DNA of 64,000 nucleotides, taken from the NCBI GenBank assembly GCA_964547465.1, contig CAZJNI010000003.1, positions 21,334-85,333 on the forward strand, read 5' to 3'. This DNA comes from an uncultured Gammaproteobacteria bacterium. GTDB lineage: Bacteria; Patescibacteriota; Microgenomatia; Daviesbacterales; UBA10151. The notes under the pieces were generated by a model. That model saw only the letters and a program-made list of their open reading frames with translations, searched no databases and was not told the DNA's origin. Every line of letters begins with the position of its first letter. Position 1 is the first letter of the stretch. Position numbers and translations under genes: made by a program. Below, piece after piece: positions 9,708 to 18,327 of this stretch.

Positions 9708-10355
9708 ATGGATAATCAAACTGCCGAAAATAATAATCAGCTACCTAAGTTTAAGTTTTTGACCCTGATTAAATCGGGGTTGACCAGAAAAAATATTCTG
9801 ATACTTTTAGGGTTAGTGGTTTTGGGGGAAATTTTATGGGCAGCAGGAGTTTTGTATAAAACTAATACCTCTACACCGGCGCCAAAACAAACTGTCAGCG
9901 TTCAATCTAAACCTACTCAAATTGAACTTAAAAGCAGTCAACCTAGTGTTAAGGTAGGAGATAAATTTATCGTTTCTATAAACATTTCATCAGACAATTT
10001 AACTGATGGAGTGGATTTGATAATAAGTTATGACCCTAAACTTTTATCCTTAGAAACAACTGGAGAGAAAAAAATTCCTGTGGCAGTTACAACAATATAT
10101 AACGATTATCCGCTAAATGCAGTTGAGCTGGAAACAGGTAAGATTACAGTTTCAGGTATTTCAACCGGACAGGACGGGATAAAACCAAATGGTTTATTTG
10201 GCTCGATTAATTTTGTGGCCAAAGCTGTTGGCCTAACAAAAATAAGTTTAGAATTTAGCCCCGGAAGTACAGTTGACACAAATGTTATAGAAAGAAATAC
10301 CGGAAAAGATATCTTAGAAGCTGTTAAAGATATAGACATTACAATTACACCATGA
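9708..10355 (+). CDS. cohesin-domain-like anchored protein
   Basis: N-terminal TM helix, then VKVGDKFIVSINISSDNLTDGVDLIISYDPKLLSL...GKITVSGIS...FGSINFVAKAVGLTKISLEF, the typical cohesin beta-sandwich signature pattern. Overlaps the next gene by 4 nt (atga). Confidence 0.55.
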   Translation: MDNQTAENNNQLPKFKFLTLIKSGLTRKNILILLGLVVLGEILWAAGVLYKTNTSTPAPKQTVSVQSKPTQIELKSSQPSVKVGDKFIVSINISSDNLTDGVDLIISYDPKLLSLETTGEKKIPVAVTTIYNDYPLNAVELETGKITVSGISTGQDGIKPNGLFGSINFVAKAVGLTKISLEFSPGSTVDTNVIERNTGKDILEAVKDIDITITP

Positions 10356-11119
10356 TGAAAAAATTTCTAATTTCTAATTGTTTTTCAAACTGCCTTCAGC
10401 AGAGCAAATTTCTAATTGCTTTTCTTGCATTCTACATTCTACATTCTACATTCTACATTCCAGTCTATGCTCAAGCTGCCACTTTATCCCTCTCCCCCTC
10501 CTCGGGAACCTTTAACAGAAGCTGCAGTTTTTCTTTGGATATCAGGCTTGATACTGCTGCAGCCCAAACAGACGGAACAGATGCAATTTTGCTTTATGAT
10601 TCAAGCAGGTTAACAGCTACCTCAATTACCAGTGGCAACATTTATCCGGATTATCCGGGAAACAATATTGATGATACGTCAGGCAAGATTACTATTTCAG
10701 GTTTAGCTTCTATTTCTTCTGCTTTTTCCGGCCAGGGATCTTTGGCTACACTTCAATTCAGTGTTAAAGATAATGCCCCAACAGGCGTAACACAAATTAA
10801 GTTTGATTTTGATCCAAATGATAAAACAAAAACCACAGATTCAAACGTGGTACAAAGAGCAGGACCGGATATTTTAAGTTCAGTGGTAAACGGAAATTAT
10901 ACAATTGGAACTGGAACATGCGGAGTTTTGCCGGCAACCGGAACAACTGGTGGTAATCGTGGCGGCCAGGGAGCAGTTTCCACCCCCTCTGGTGAGTTTC
11001 AAGAACCCCTTGTCTACAAAACCCTGCCTCCGGCAGGAACAGAGCAGCTGACATTCGCTTTATCAATTGTGGGAGTCACGCTGACAATTCTGGGAATTTT
11101 AGGTTTAGCTTTACTTTAA
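10352..11119 (+). CDS. secreted cohesin-domain-like protein with possible C-terminal sorting signal
   Basis: Signal peptide ending AQA. Cohesin-like ATLSLSPSSGTF...DGTDAILLYDSSRLTATSIT...GKITISGLAS...GSLATLQFSVKDNAPTGVTQIKF. C-terminus LPPAGTEQ plus a hydrophobic stretch resembles an LPxTG-type sorting signal lacking a basic tail. A heptamer repeat lies in the signal-peptide codons. Confidence 0.55.
   Translation: MMKKFLISNCFSNCLQQSKFLIAFLAFYILHSTFYIPVYAQAATLSLSPSSGTFNRSCSFSLDIRLDTAAAQTDGTDAILLYDSSRLTATSITSGNIYPDYPGNNIDDTSGKITISGLASISSAFSGQGSLATLQFSVKDNAPTGVTQIKFDFDPNDKTKTTDSNVVQRAGPDILSSVVNGNYTIGTGTCGVLPATGTTGGNRGGQGAVSTPSGEFQEPLVYKTLPPAGTEQLTFALSIVGVTLTILGILGLALL
10431..10460 (+). repeat. 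(TCTACAT)x4 heptanucleotide tandem repeat inside the signal-peptide coding region
   Basis: tctacattctacattctacattctacattcc read directly. Encodes FYILHSTFYIP of the signal peptide. Confidence 0.85.
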
Positions 11120-11147
11120 CGATACGGGATCGGAATAGCTATAACGA
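11118..11147. repeat. copy 2 of dispersed repeat taacgata(c)gggatcggaatag(c)tata, directly upstream of xerC
   Basis: Matches 2954-2979 (25 of 27 nt). Lies between the cohesin gene stop and the xer start. Confidence 0.5.
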
Positions 11148-11159
11148 AACGGTATTTTT

Positions 11160-12080
11160 ATGACCCTTTCTGCTCTTATTACTGATTTTCTTGAATATCT
11201 GGAACTGGAAAGAAATGCCTCACAGCTGACTATTAAAAACTATGATCATTATTTAAAAAGATTTTTAAGCTTTGCAGGTGATATTAACCCCAAGGATATT
11301 GATTTAAATTTAGTCAGAAAATATAGATTGCATCTATCACGTTGGACAGATCCCCAAACTGGAAAAAGTTTAAAAAGAGTCACTCAAAATTATTTTATGA
11401 TTGCGTTGCGGGCATTTTTAAGGTATCTTGCAAGGATTGATGTGGAAACTTTGTCTCCTGAAAAAGTTGAGCTTGGTGAGGTAGATCCAAGGCCGCTTAA
11501 GGTTTTGGATGATTCTCTCCTGAAATCCCTTCTTGAGGCTCCGGATACCACAAAAAAGGATGGAATAAGAGATAGGGCTATATTGGAAACTCTTTTTTCA
11601 ACAGGTCTTCGTGTGTCTGAACTGGCTTCTTTGAATAGAGATACCATCAATCTGGATAGGCGTGAATTTGGCATAATTGGTAAAGGAGGGAAAGAGCGGG
11701 TGGTGTTTATTTCTGATTCAGCTGCTGATTGGTTGAGGCGGTTTTTAGATGTCAGGAAAGATAGCTTTAAGCCTTTATTTATTCGATTTCAGGGAAAAGT
11801 TGATCTGGCAAATAATGGTGAGGCTATGAGGTTAACAACACGTTCAATTGAGCGGATTGTAGAAAAATATGTTAAAGCACTGGGTTTATCTGTAAAAGCT
11901 ACACCGCATACTTTAAGGCACTCTTTTGCAACTGATTTGTTAATAAATGGAGCAGATATCCGTTCAGTGCAGGAAATGCTTGGCCATTCTTCTATCCAGA
12001 CTACCCAAATCTATACTCATGTAACTAATGCCCATCTAAAAGATGTACACAAAGCCTTTCATTCTGGTAATAAAAATTAA
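11160..12080 (+). CDS. xerC: tyrosine site-specific recombinase XerC/XerD family
   Basis: C-terminal catalytic region HTLRHSFATDLLINGADIRSVQEMLGHSSIQTTQIYTHV (R..HxxR..Y) plus N-terminal core-binding domain. Typical length of 306 aa. Confidence 0.8.
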   Translation: MTLSALITDFLEYLELERNASQLTIKNYDHYLKRFLSFAGDINPKDIDLNLVRKYRLHLSRWTDPQTGKSLKRVTQNYFMIALRAFLRYLARIDVETLSPEKVELGEVDPRPLKVLDDSLLKSLLEAPDTTKKDGIRDRAILETLFSTGLRVSELASLNRDTINLDRREFGIIGKGGKERVVFISDSAADWLRRFLDVRKDSFKPLFIRFQGKVDLANNGEAMRLTTRSIERIVEKYVKALGLSVKATPHTLRHSFATDLLINGADIRSVQEMLGHSSIQTTQIYTHVTNAHLKDVHKAFHSGNKN

Positions 12081-12116
12081 TAATTTTTGCGATCCTTCGG
12101 ATCTAAAGTAGGACTT

Positions 12117-12575
12117 TTAGAATGTAATATCTAAACTCTGAAGAATTTTTTGTCTACCTTTGGCCATCTGTTCTATTTCATGGGCAAGATCTTGATGATT
12201 ATTTTGGATATATTCCCAGTCCCTTTCATCTAATAAATATGCGAGTACAAATTCTTCAGCTTTTACAGTAGCACTTCTTGGTTGATTAAACACAAGCGAC
12301 ATTTCCCCAACCAATCCCCCAGGCCTTATATCAGCAAGATGAACTATTTGCCCTGGTGAGATTTGACGATGAACACTCACTAAGCCTTGTGCTATAAAAA
12401 ATAAAGGGCCTTTTTGATCACCTTGCCTGATTATTATTTGACCATCTCCAAAGAGAGTATCTCTTAAAAGAGGGATTATGGGATCTACATTAGTTTGATC
12501 ACTTACAAATCCCTCAAGAGCTTGTTTCCTAGATAAAGATACTATTTCGCCTGACATATAGGCGTATTTTAACAC
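12117..12575 (-). CDS. cyclic nucleotide-binding domain protein
   Basis: cNMP-binding fold signature: IIRQGDQKGPLFFIAQGLVSV...GGLVGEMSL...RSATVKAEE. A single 152-aa domain with no DNA-binding HTH recognised. Confidence 0.6.
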   Translation of the reverse strand: MLKYAYMSGEIVSLSRKQALEGFVSDQTNVDPIIPLLRDTLFGDGQIIIRQGDQKGPLFFIAQGLVSVHRQISPGQIVHLADIRPGGLVGEMSLVFNQPRSATVKAEEFVLAYLLDERDWEYIQNNHQDLAHEIEQMAKGRQKILQSLDITF

Positions 12576-12608
12576 AACAAACCTATTTTTTCGCTATATT
12601 CAGATAAA

Positions 12609-12642
12609 TCACCTTCGAGGTGGATTACGTTGGCACCTGTCC
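12609..12642. repeat. REP-like palindromic element, copy downstream of RAYT-1
   Basis: tcaccttcgaggtggattacgttggcacctgtcc. Core palindrome caccttcgaggtg. The same family recurs at 13371, 18617, 19391 and 27036. Confidence 0.75.
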
Positions 12643-12647
12643 TTTTT

Positions 12648-13328
12648 TTAAACTTTTTCAATAGTAAGGTGTTTAATTTGCTCGAGTTTTCTGGCATAAT
12701 CTACCTGATCTAAAACAAACTGCTTGTATTTCTCTTTAGATGCAAAAAGATCCAAAACTATCTTCTCTTCTACAATATCCTTGGTAGGTAGCCCTAAATA
12801 TTCAGGATAAGAAGACCACAAATAACTTTCCAGTTCTTTCGGTTCAATCAAAAATGAAGAAACCGGGTTAAGGTGAATATATCTTGAAACATGCATCAAT
12901 TGTTCATCTGACCCGATGTGAACTGCCTGGAATAATCCCTGAAATAAGGGTCCAACCCGTTCATTTTTAGCATTGAAATATTTGGTATAGCTATTAGCGA
13001 AATTAGCTGCAAAAATCGAAATACCACGGTCCTTTTTCTGCTTTAATAGAAGATGAAAATGATTAGGCATTAGACAGTAGCAGATAATTTCAACCAATTT
13101 TTCATGCTCGCTATTAAGATTTTGGATAAGTTTAGATTGATCAGATGCTGGGAGAGTTAAAAACTTGGATAACCTGATCGGTAAATCTGTAAATCGATAA
13201 AAATCAATAGTTTGTACTCCCCTGTCTAACTCTCTCTTGTTGGTAAAGGTGGGTCTTTTTTCAACGCCCCTGTTAAATACATGATAAAGCTCCTCATTGG
13301 CGAAAACTACTTTTCTATTTGTAGGCAT
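12648..13328 (-). CDS. IS200/IS605-like HUH tyrosine transposase, REP-associated (RAYT-like), copy 1
   Basis: HUH motif CLMPNHFHLLLK and catalytic-Tyr region VSRYIHLNPV. About 78% identical to the ORF at 18685-19362. The track ORF extends 12 codons upstream (to 13364); the MPTNRK start at 13328 is shared with the paralog. Confidence 0.7.
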   Translation of the reverse strand: MPTNRKVVFANEELYHVFNRGVEKRPTFTNKRELDRGVQTIDFYRFTDLPIRLSKFLTLPASDQSKLIQNLNSEHEKLVEIICYCLMPNHFHLLLKQKKDRGISIFAANFANSYTKYFNAKNERVGPLFQGLFQAVHIGSDEQLMHVSRYIHLNPVSSFLIEPKELESYLWSSYPEYLGLPTKDIVEEKIVLDLFASKEKYKQFVLDQVDYARKLEQIKHLTIEKV

Positions 13329-13370
13329 ATTTTGACAGTACAACACATAAAGAGAAGGTGTCAAGCTAGA

Positions 13371-13406
13371 TCACCTTCGAGGTGAACTACATTGGCACTA
13401 ATGCCC
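13371..13406. repeat. REP-like element between methyltransferase and RAYT-1, fused to a xerC 3'-end-like fragment
   Basis: tcaccttcgaggtgaactacattggcactaatgccc. The distal part runs into the duplicated xer 3' fragment at 13392-13447. Confidence 0.65.
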
Positions 13407-13431
13407 ATTTAAAAGATATGCATAAAGCGTT

Positions 13432-14136
13432 TTACTCAGGGAATAAATCACTTAACTCGTGAGATTTTTGAAACCGAGCAAAATATGGACGTGTAGGATG
13501 GTAAGTAGTTGGGGTTATGTCGGGTCTTAAATAGGGATTTTCAGTATACTCTAAAATTGATTTTAGTAATTCAATGTCTTTAATTGGAGTTAAACACTTA
13601 AAACCACTAACTTTCATAAGCTCACTTAATATGGGAAATGGAGATATATCTGGACTTAATGTTTCTATTACAGTAACTAAACCTTTTGGTTTAAGTACGC
13701 GAGAAGCCTCTATTGTTAATAGTACTGATTGTTTTTCATCAGTTTCTTCAATGTGAATACCGTAATAACCAAATACATTAATGAATACTACCTCTGATAT
13801 TGAATGATCCGGAAAGGGCATGGACATTCCATCAGCATACATAAGATGATATCTATGCCTTTTTGCAAGCCTCTGATTAATTCTCTCCTTTGCTAAATCA
13901 AGTGATTCCTTACCAGTTCTGGGCTTTTCTCGCAAGAGCTTAGCAACTGATGATAAGTAACTTGTATCTAGTCCGATATATACCTCATCCCTTTCCATTT
14001 TACGTTTTCCTTGCGTTGAAAAAGGTTTTGTTCCAACTCCCACTTCCACAATATATTTTCTTTCTTCAGGCATCACTAAATTATATCTTAAGAGAAGGAT
14101 TCTTGCAACTATAGGCTTAAGGTAAACTTTAAACAA
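13432..14136 (-). CDS. class I SAM-dependent methyltransferase (module 1, upstream of RAYT-1)
   Basis: Motif I-like YIVEVGVGTKP, YIGLDTS, FPDHSISEVVFINVF and post-motif VLKPKGLVTV. Confidence 0.5.
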   Translation of the reverse strand: MFKVYLKPIVARILLLRYNLVMPEERKYIVEVGVGTKPFSTQGKRKMERDEVYIGLDTSYLSSVAKLLREKPRTGKESLDLAKERINQRLAKRHRYHLMYADGMSMPFPDHSISEVVFINVFGYYGIHIEETDEKQSVLLTIEASRVLKPKGLVTVIETLSPDISPFPILSELMKVSGFKCLTPIKDIELLKSILEYTENPYLRPDITPTTYHPTRPYFARFQKSHELSDLFPE

Positions 14137-14216
14137 CCCGCTAGAAAAATTATCCCTAGCGGATTTTAATAATATTCTGATATAGATCCTGAAACGAGTT
14201 CAAGATAACCTAAAAG

Positions 14217-14570
14217 TCACTTTAGTTTCCCCAAATCCTTCAAAAGCGTTGACAGCACTGTTCCGACAACTGATAAGACAATTGCTGCCAATATGGCCGG
14301 AACCCAACCGTCTATCTTTACTCCCGCAACAACAGCTGAAACGATGAATAGCACAACCGCATTAATTACAAAGGCAAAAAGGCCCAATGTGACAATAGTT
14401 ATAGGCAGACTGATAAAAGACAAAACTGGCTTAATAAAGGTATTAACTACCCCTAAAACTATTGCTGCCAGGACTGCTGTTGTGAAATCAGCAACTTTAA
14501 ATCCAGGGACAATGTAGGCTGTTGCCATAAGTGCCAGCGCATTTAAAACTATGGCTATAATAATTTGCAT
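14217..14570 (-). CDS. four-helix membrane protein of the phage-holin-4 / DUF360 family
   Basis: 117 aa. ALALMATAYIVPGFKVADFTTAVLAAIVLGVVNTFIKPVLSFISLPITIVTLGLFAFVINAVVL is characteristic of the DUF360 (holin superfamily IV) fold. Confidence 0.55.
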   Translation of the reverse strand: MQIIIAIVLNALALMATAYIVPGFKVADFTTAVLAAIVLGVVNTFIKPVLSFISLPITIVTLGLFAFVINAVVLFIVSAVVAGVKIDGWVPAILAAIVLSVVGTVLSTLLKDLGKLK

Positions 14571-14639
14571 TATTTATCACCCCCTATTTAATCATTACCT
14601 AAAAAAAGATAATATGTCAAATTCTGCTACAATATATTT

Positions 14640-15191
14640 ATGGATCCAAAAATCAGAAGTATTCTTCTTAAGACCATAATTTTCATTTTCAGTATAAGTT
14701 TGGGGTGGTATTTGGTAAAAAGCGGATTCCTGCATACCTGGATTGCCACAATCCTCCCTCATCGTTTTATAGGAGAATTCATTGCCGGTGCGCTCTACAC
14801 ATCTTTTCTTACATCCCCCCTTGCAGTTGCCATGTTTTTGGTTATTGCTCAAGAAGGCAACCCAATCATAATTGCTCTACTTGGGGGGTTGGGGGCTGTC
14901 TGCGGCGATCTATTTATAATAAAGGTATTCAGAGATAACGAGGGTGATGTCAATAATGCCACAAGGCGGCTGCATCTTCAAAGAATAACCGCCATATTAA
15001 GGCAGTTTCATATGGAGTTCCTTATCCCTTTGTTGGGATGTGTGATCATTGCCTCCCCAATTCCTGATGAGATTGGACTTTTAATGTTAGGAGTTTCAAG
15101 ACTCAAGTATGATGAAATTGCAAAAATAAGTTTTGTTTTAAACTCTGCAGGTATTTTACTGATAGTTACACCAATTAATTTACTTTCATGA
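14640..15191 (+). CDS. hypothetical integral membrane protein
   Basis: 183 aa with 4-5 TM helices. Overlaps the downstream ATPase gene by 4 nt, suggesting co-transcription. Confidence 0.4.
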   Translation: MDPKIRSILLKTIIFIFSISLGWYLVKSGFLHTWIATILPHRFIGEFIAGALYTSFLTSPLAVAMFLVIAQEGNPIIIALLGGLGAVCGDLFIIKVFRDNEGDVNNATRRLHLQRITAILRQFHMEFLIPLLGCVIIASPIPDEIGLLMLGVSRLKYDEIAKISFVLNSAGILLIVTPINLLS

Positions 15192-17497
15192 TAGGATTAA
15201 CCACCCAAAAAGCTAAGGAAGCTTTAAAAAAATACGGCCCTAATTTGCTTCCCCAAAAAAGTAGCTATTCCGTATTTAAAATATTTTTAAGCCAGTTAAA
15301 AAACCCTTTCACCGTAATTTTAGTTTTTGCAGTGGGATTTTCATTCATTGCCGGTGATTGGATAGACGGATTTTTAATAGCGGCAATACTGATATTAAAC
15401 ACTATTTTAGGATTCTGGCAGGAATTTAAGGCCTCAAAAGAGCTGGAAGCCTTAAAAAGTTTTGAGACCCAAACCAGCCGTGTTTTAAGGGATGGAAAGG
15501 AAGTTGAGATTTCATCTTTTGAGATTGTGCCGGGTGATGTTGTTATTTTGGAAGCCGGGGACAGGATTCCTGCTGACGGGTTTGTTTCAGAATCCTACTC
15601 TCTTTTTGTTAATGAATCTGTTTTAACCGGTGAATCCCTTCCCGTTATAAAAACCATCAAAGAGAATGAGAATTTGCTCTATTTCGGTACTACTGTTTCC
15701 TCGGGCAGGGGTAAATTTTTGGTTCAGAAGACAGGAGAAAAAACCCGCTTTGGCTCTATTGCCCAAAGTCTGGTTGATGTTGAGGACGAGAAGAGTCCGC
15801 TGGAGATTTCCCTGTCAAGGTTGGTCAAAGGGGTGGCCGTCGTTGTTTTAATGGTAACCGCTTTAATTTTTACAATCAGATTTTTGCAGGGTTTTGAGAT
15901 AAAAGAAGTATTTTTAACCAGCATTGCCTTAATGGTGGCAGCTGTTCCCGAGGGTTTACCGGCTGTTGTAACAATTGTATTGGCCGCAGGGGCGCGCAGG
16001 ATGTATCAGAGGAAAGCATTAGTCAGGAAAATGGTAGCTGTTGAGTCTTTGGGAGGGGCGACGCTGATTTTATCAGATAAAACCGGCACCTTAACCAAAA
16101 ACGAAATGAGAGTTTCCGAGGTAAAAAGCGTTAATGGCAAGGATGAATTATTAAAATGTTCAGTACTTTGTAACAGCGCCAATCTGGTTTTAAAAGAGGA
16201 TGGTGGAGGTGTTGATATTTTGGGAGATACAACAGAGGGAGCGCTTCTTATTTGGGCTAAAGATCAGGGTAAAGATATAGAGCTTTTGCGCTCTGAAGGT
16301 AAACTTCTGGAAGAAATCCCTTTTTCGCTGCAAAGCAGGAAAATGACAGTTATCTGGCAGTATAACGGTAAAAAAGAAATCTATACCAAAGGCGCACCCG
16401 AGGTGATTTTAAAAGAAGTTAAATTAACTGAAAAAGAGCTTATATATTGGGACAGAGAATATCAAAAGATGGCTTCCAGAGGTTTGAGGGTTTTAGGTTT
16501 TTCCAAAGGCCGGGAATTTTTGGGACTATTAGGTATTGCCGATCAGATCAGGGATGAAGCAAAGACGGCAATCAGGATTGCCAAAGAAGCCGGCATTAAG
16601 GTGGTGATGGTCACAGGAGATAACGAGTTAACTGCCAAAGAAGTTGCGGAAAAACTCGGACTGTTAAATAAAGGTGATGAAATTTTGAATGGTTTACAAA
16701 TGAATGAGCTGGATGATGAGGAGTTACAGACGAGACTGCAAAAAATTTCTGTTTATGCGCGGATTACCCCCGAGCAAAAATTGAGGCTGGTAAAACTTTA
16801 CCAGAGAGCGGGTGAGGTGGTGGCAGTAACCGGGGACGGGGTAAATGATTCTCTTGCTTTAAAATCCGCCCAGGTGGGAGTTTCTATGGGTAAAGGCGGC
16901 TCGGATGTGGCCAGGGAAAGCTCGGATATAGTTTTACTGGATGATAACTTTGCCACTTTAGTTTCCGCAATTGAGCAGGGCAGGTCAATTTATGCAAATA
17001 TTTTAAAAGTCATTAAATTTCTGATGACCGGAAATTTTTCCGAAATTTTACTGATCGGGCTTGCCTCATTTCTGGCTTTACCTACTCCCCTCCTGCCTAC
17101 CCAGATACTCTGGATTAATTTTGTCACCGACGGCTTTCCTGCACTGGCTTTAGGCTTTGATTCATCTTCCTCTCATATTATGAAAGAATCCCCAAGAAAA
17201 GATAACAATATACTGGATAAATCAATGATCACTTATATACTAACAGGGGGTATTATCATTAGTTTTATCTGCTTTATTATTTTTTATCTGGTACATAGTA
17301 ATTTTGGCTTGGTAAACGCCAGAGCCTGGGTGTTTTCCACCATGGTAATTTTACAAATGATTCTCCCTTTTATTATCAGAAGACACCATTCGATTACCTC
17401 CAACAAGAAACTTTTGTACTCTGTAATATTAGTGTTGATACTGCAATTTATGATCATGACCATACCCCAACTTAAGCAAATGTTTGGGATTGACTAG
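15188..17497 (+). CDS. P-type cation-transporting ATPase (type II, Ca/Mg-like)
   Basis: Phosphorylation motif DKTGTLT (LSDKTGTLTKNE), TGDN (MVTGDNELTA), and hinge GDGVNDSLALKSAQVGVSMG. N-terminal cation-ATPase domain and C-terminal TM helices. Confidence 0.85.
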   Translation: MIGLTTQKAKEALKKYGPNLLPQKSSYSVFKIFLSQLKNPFTVILVFAVGFSFIAGDWIDGFLIAAILILNTILGFWQEFKASKELEALKSFETQTSRVLRDGKEVEISSFEIVPGDVVILEAGDRIPADGFVSESYSLFVNESVLTGESLPVIKTIKENENLLYFGTTVSSGRGKFLVQKTGEKTRFGSIAQSLVDVEDEKSPLEISLSRLVKGVAVVVLMVTALIFTIRFLQGFEIKEVFLTSIALMVAAVPEGLPAVVTIVLAAGARRMYQRKALVRKMVAVESLGGATLILSDKTGTLTKNEMRVSEVKSVNGKDELLKCSVLCNSANLVLKEDGGGVDILGDTTEGALLIWAKDQGKDIELLRSEGKLLEEIPFSLQSRKMTVIWQYNGKKEIYTKGAPEVILKEVKLTEKELIYWDREYQKMASRGLRVLGFSKGREFLGLLGIADQIRDEAKTAIRIAKEAGIKVVMVTGDNELTAKEVAEKLGLLNKGDEILNGLQMNELDDEELQTRLQKISVYARITPEQKLRLVKLYQRAGEVVAVTGDGVNDSLALKSAQVGVSMGKGGSDVARESSDIVLLDDNFATLVSAIEQGRSIYANILKVIKFLMTGNFSEILLIGLASFLALPTPLLPTQILWINFVTDGFPALALGFDSSSSHIMKESPRKDNNILDKSMITYILTGGIIISFICFIIFYLVHSNFGLVNARAWVFSTMVILQMILPFIIRRHHSITSNKKLLYSVILVLILQFMIMTIPQLKQMFGID

Positions 17498-18326
17498 AAT
17501 TTTGAGTTCAGCTAATATAGCAGTGCCCGCCCACTCCGATATGGCACGGATAGATCTTAACATTCCAGAATTGGGAAACAAATTTATTGACCTTAGGGAT
17601 TCAATCCCCGGAGATTCATATAACTTTAGTTGGGTCAGGCCGCTTTCTCAAGTTAATTATCTGGCAATTCATCACAGCGCCACCTCCCCTGCCCAAACTC
17701 CGGAAGATATTGCCAATTTTCATATAAATAGTAATGGCTGGGGCGGGATTGGATATCATTTTGTAATTTCCAAAGACGGGATAGTTTACTATGTTGGTGA
17801 TATAGGAACAGCGCGGGCAAATGTGGCCAATTTAAATGAACAGGTGATCGGGATTTGTCTGACCGGTAATTTTACAGATGTAGAGCCGACCGAAGAGCAG
17901 CTGGATTCTGCCAAAAAGCTTTGTAATTTTTTAATTAACTACCCTGACTTGGTAAATGTAAAATCCCGGGATGTGGTAAAGGCGCATAAGGAATTGCCTA
18001 ATCAATCAACTACTTGTCCGGGAGATACCTGGACTTTATGGAAATCAAAAATTATACCTGGGGACGGTAATACTTCATCTGGTGGGGGTTTGACAAAAGA
18101 GGCAGATAATTTAAGGTTGCAGGTTGACAGTTTGCAAAGCAGTTTAGGTCTGGTAAATGATCAAATTATTAATTTGCAGCAAACAGTGGCAGATAAAGAT
18201 CAGGAGATTATCAATTTAAGGGCGCAGCTTAAAGTATCAGTTGAACCGGACGATACAACCCTGACAATTCCCCAAGCTTTATTTAGTTTATATCAGTTTC
18301 TCTTCCCGCCCGGAAAGGTAAATTAA
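17484..18326 (+). CDS. N-acetylmuramoyl-L-alanine amidase (Amidase_2/PGRP domain) with C-terminal coiled coil
   Basis: LAIHHSATSPAQTPEDIANFHINSNGWGGIGYHFVISKDGIVYYVGD...ICLTGNF matches the zinc amidase_2 core. C-terminal heptad-rich region. Confidence 0.7.
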   Translation: MGLTRILSSANIAVPAHSDMARIDLNIPELGNKFIDLRDSIPGDSYNFSWVRPLSQVNYLAIHHSATSPAQTPEDIANFHINSNGWGGIGYHFVISKDGIVYYVGDIGTARANVANLNEQVIGICLTGNFTDVEPTEEQLDSAKKLCNFLINYPDLVNVKSRDVVKAHKELPNQSTTCPGDTWTLWKSKIIPGDGNTSSGGGLTKEADNLRLQVDSLQSSLGLVNDQIINLQQTVADKDQEIINLRAQLKVSVEPDDTTLTIPQALFSLYQFLFPPGKVN

Positions 18327-18327
18327 A

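Noticed and set aside
10416-10613. 65-aa plus-strand ORF MLFLHSTFYILHSTF...
   Set aside because: Alternative frame across the TCTACAT heptamer repeat, nested inside the cohesin-like gene. It is the repeat read in a different frame.
12088-12105. Hairpin gatcc-ttc-ggatc after the xerC stop as an intrinsic terminator
   Set aside because: Not followed by a T-run on either strand. Stem only 5 bp.
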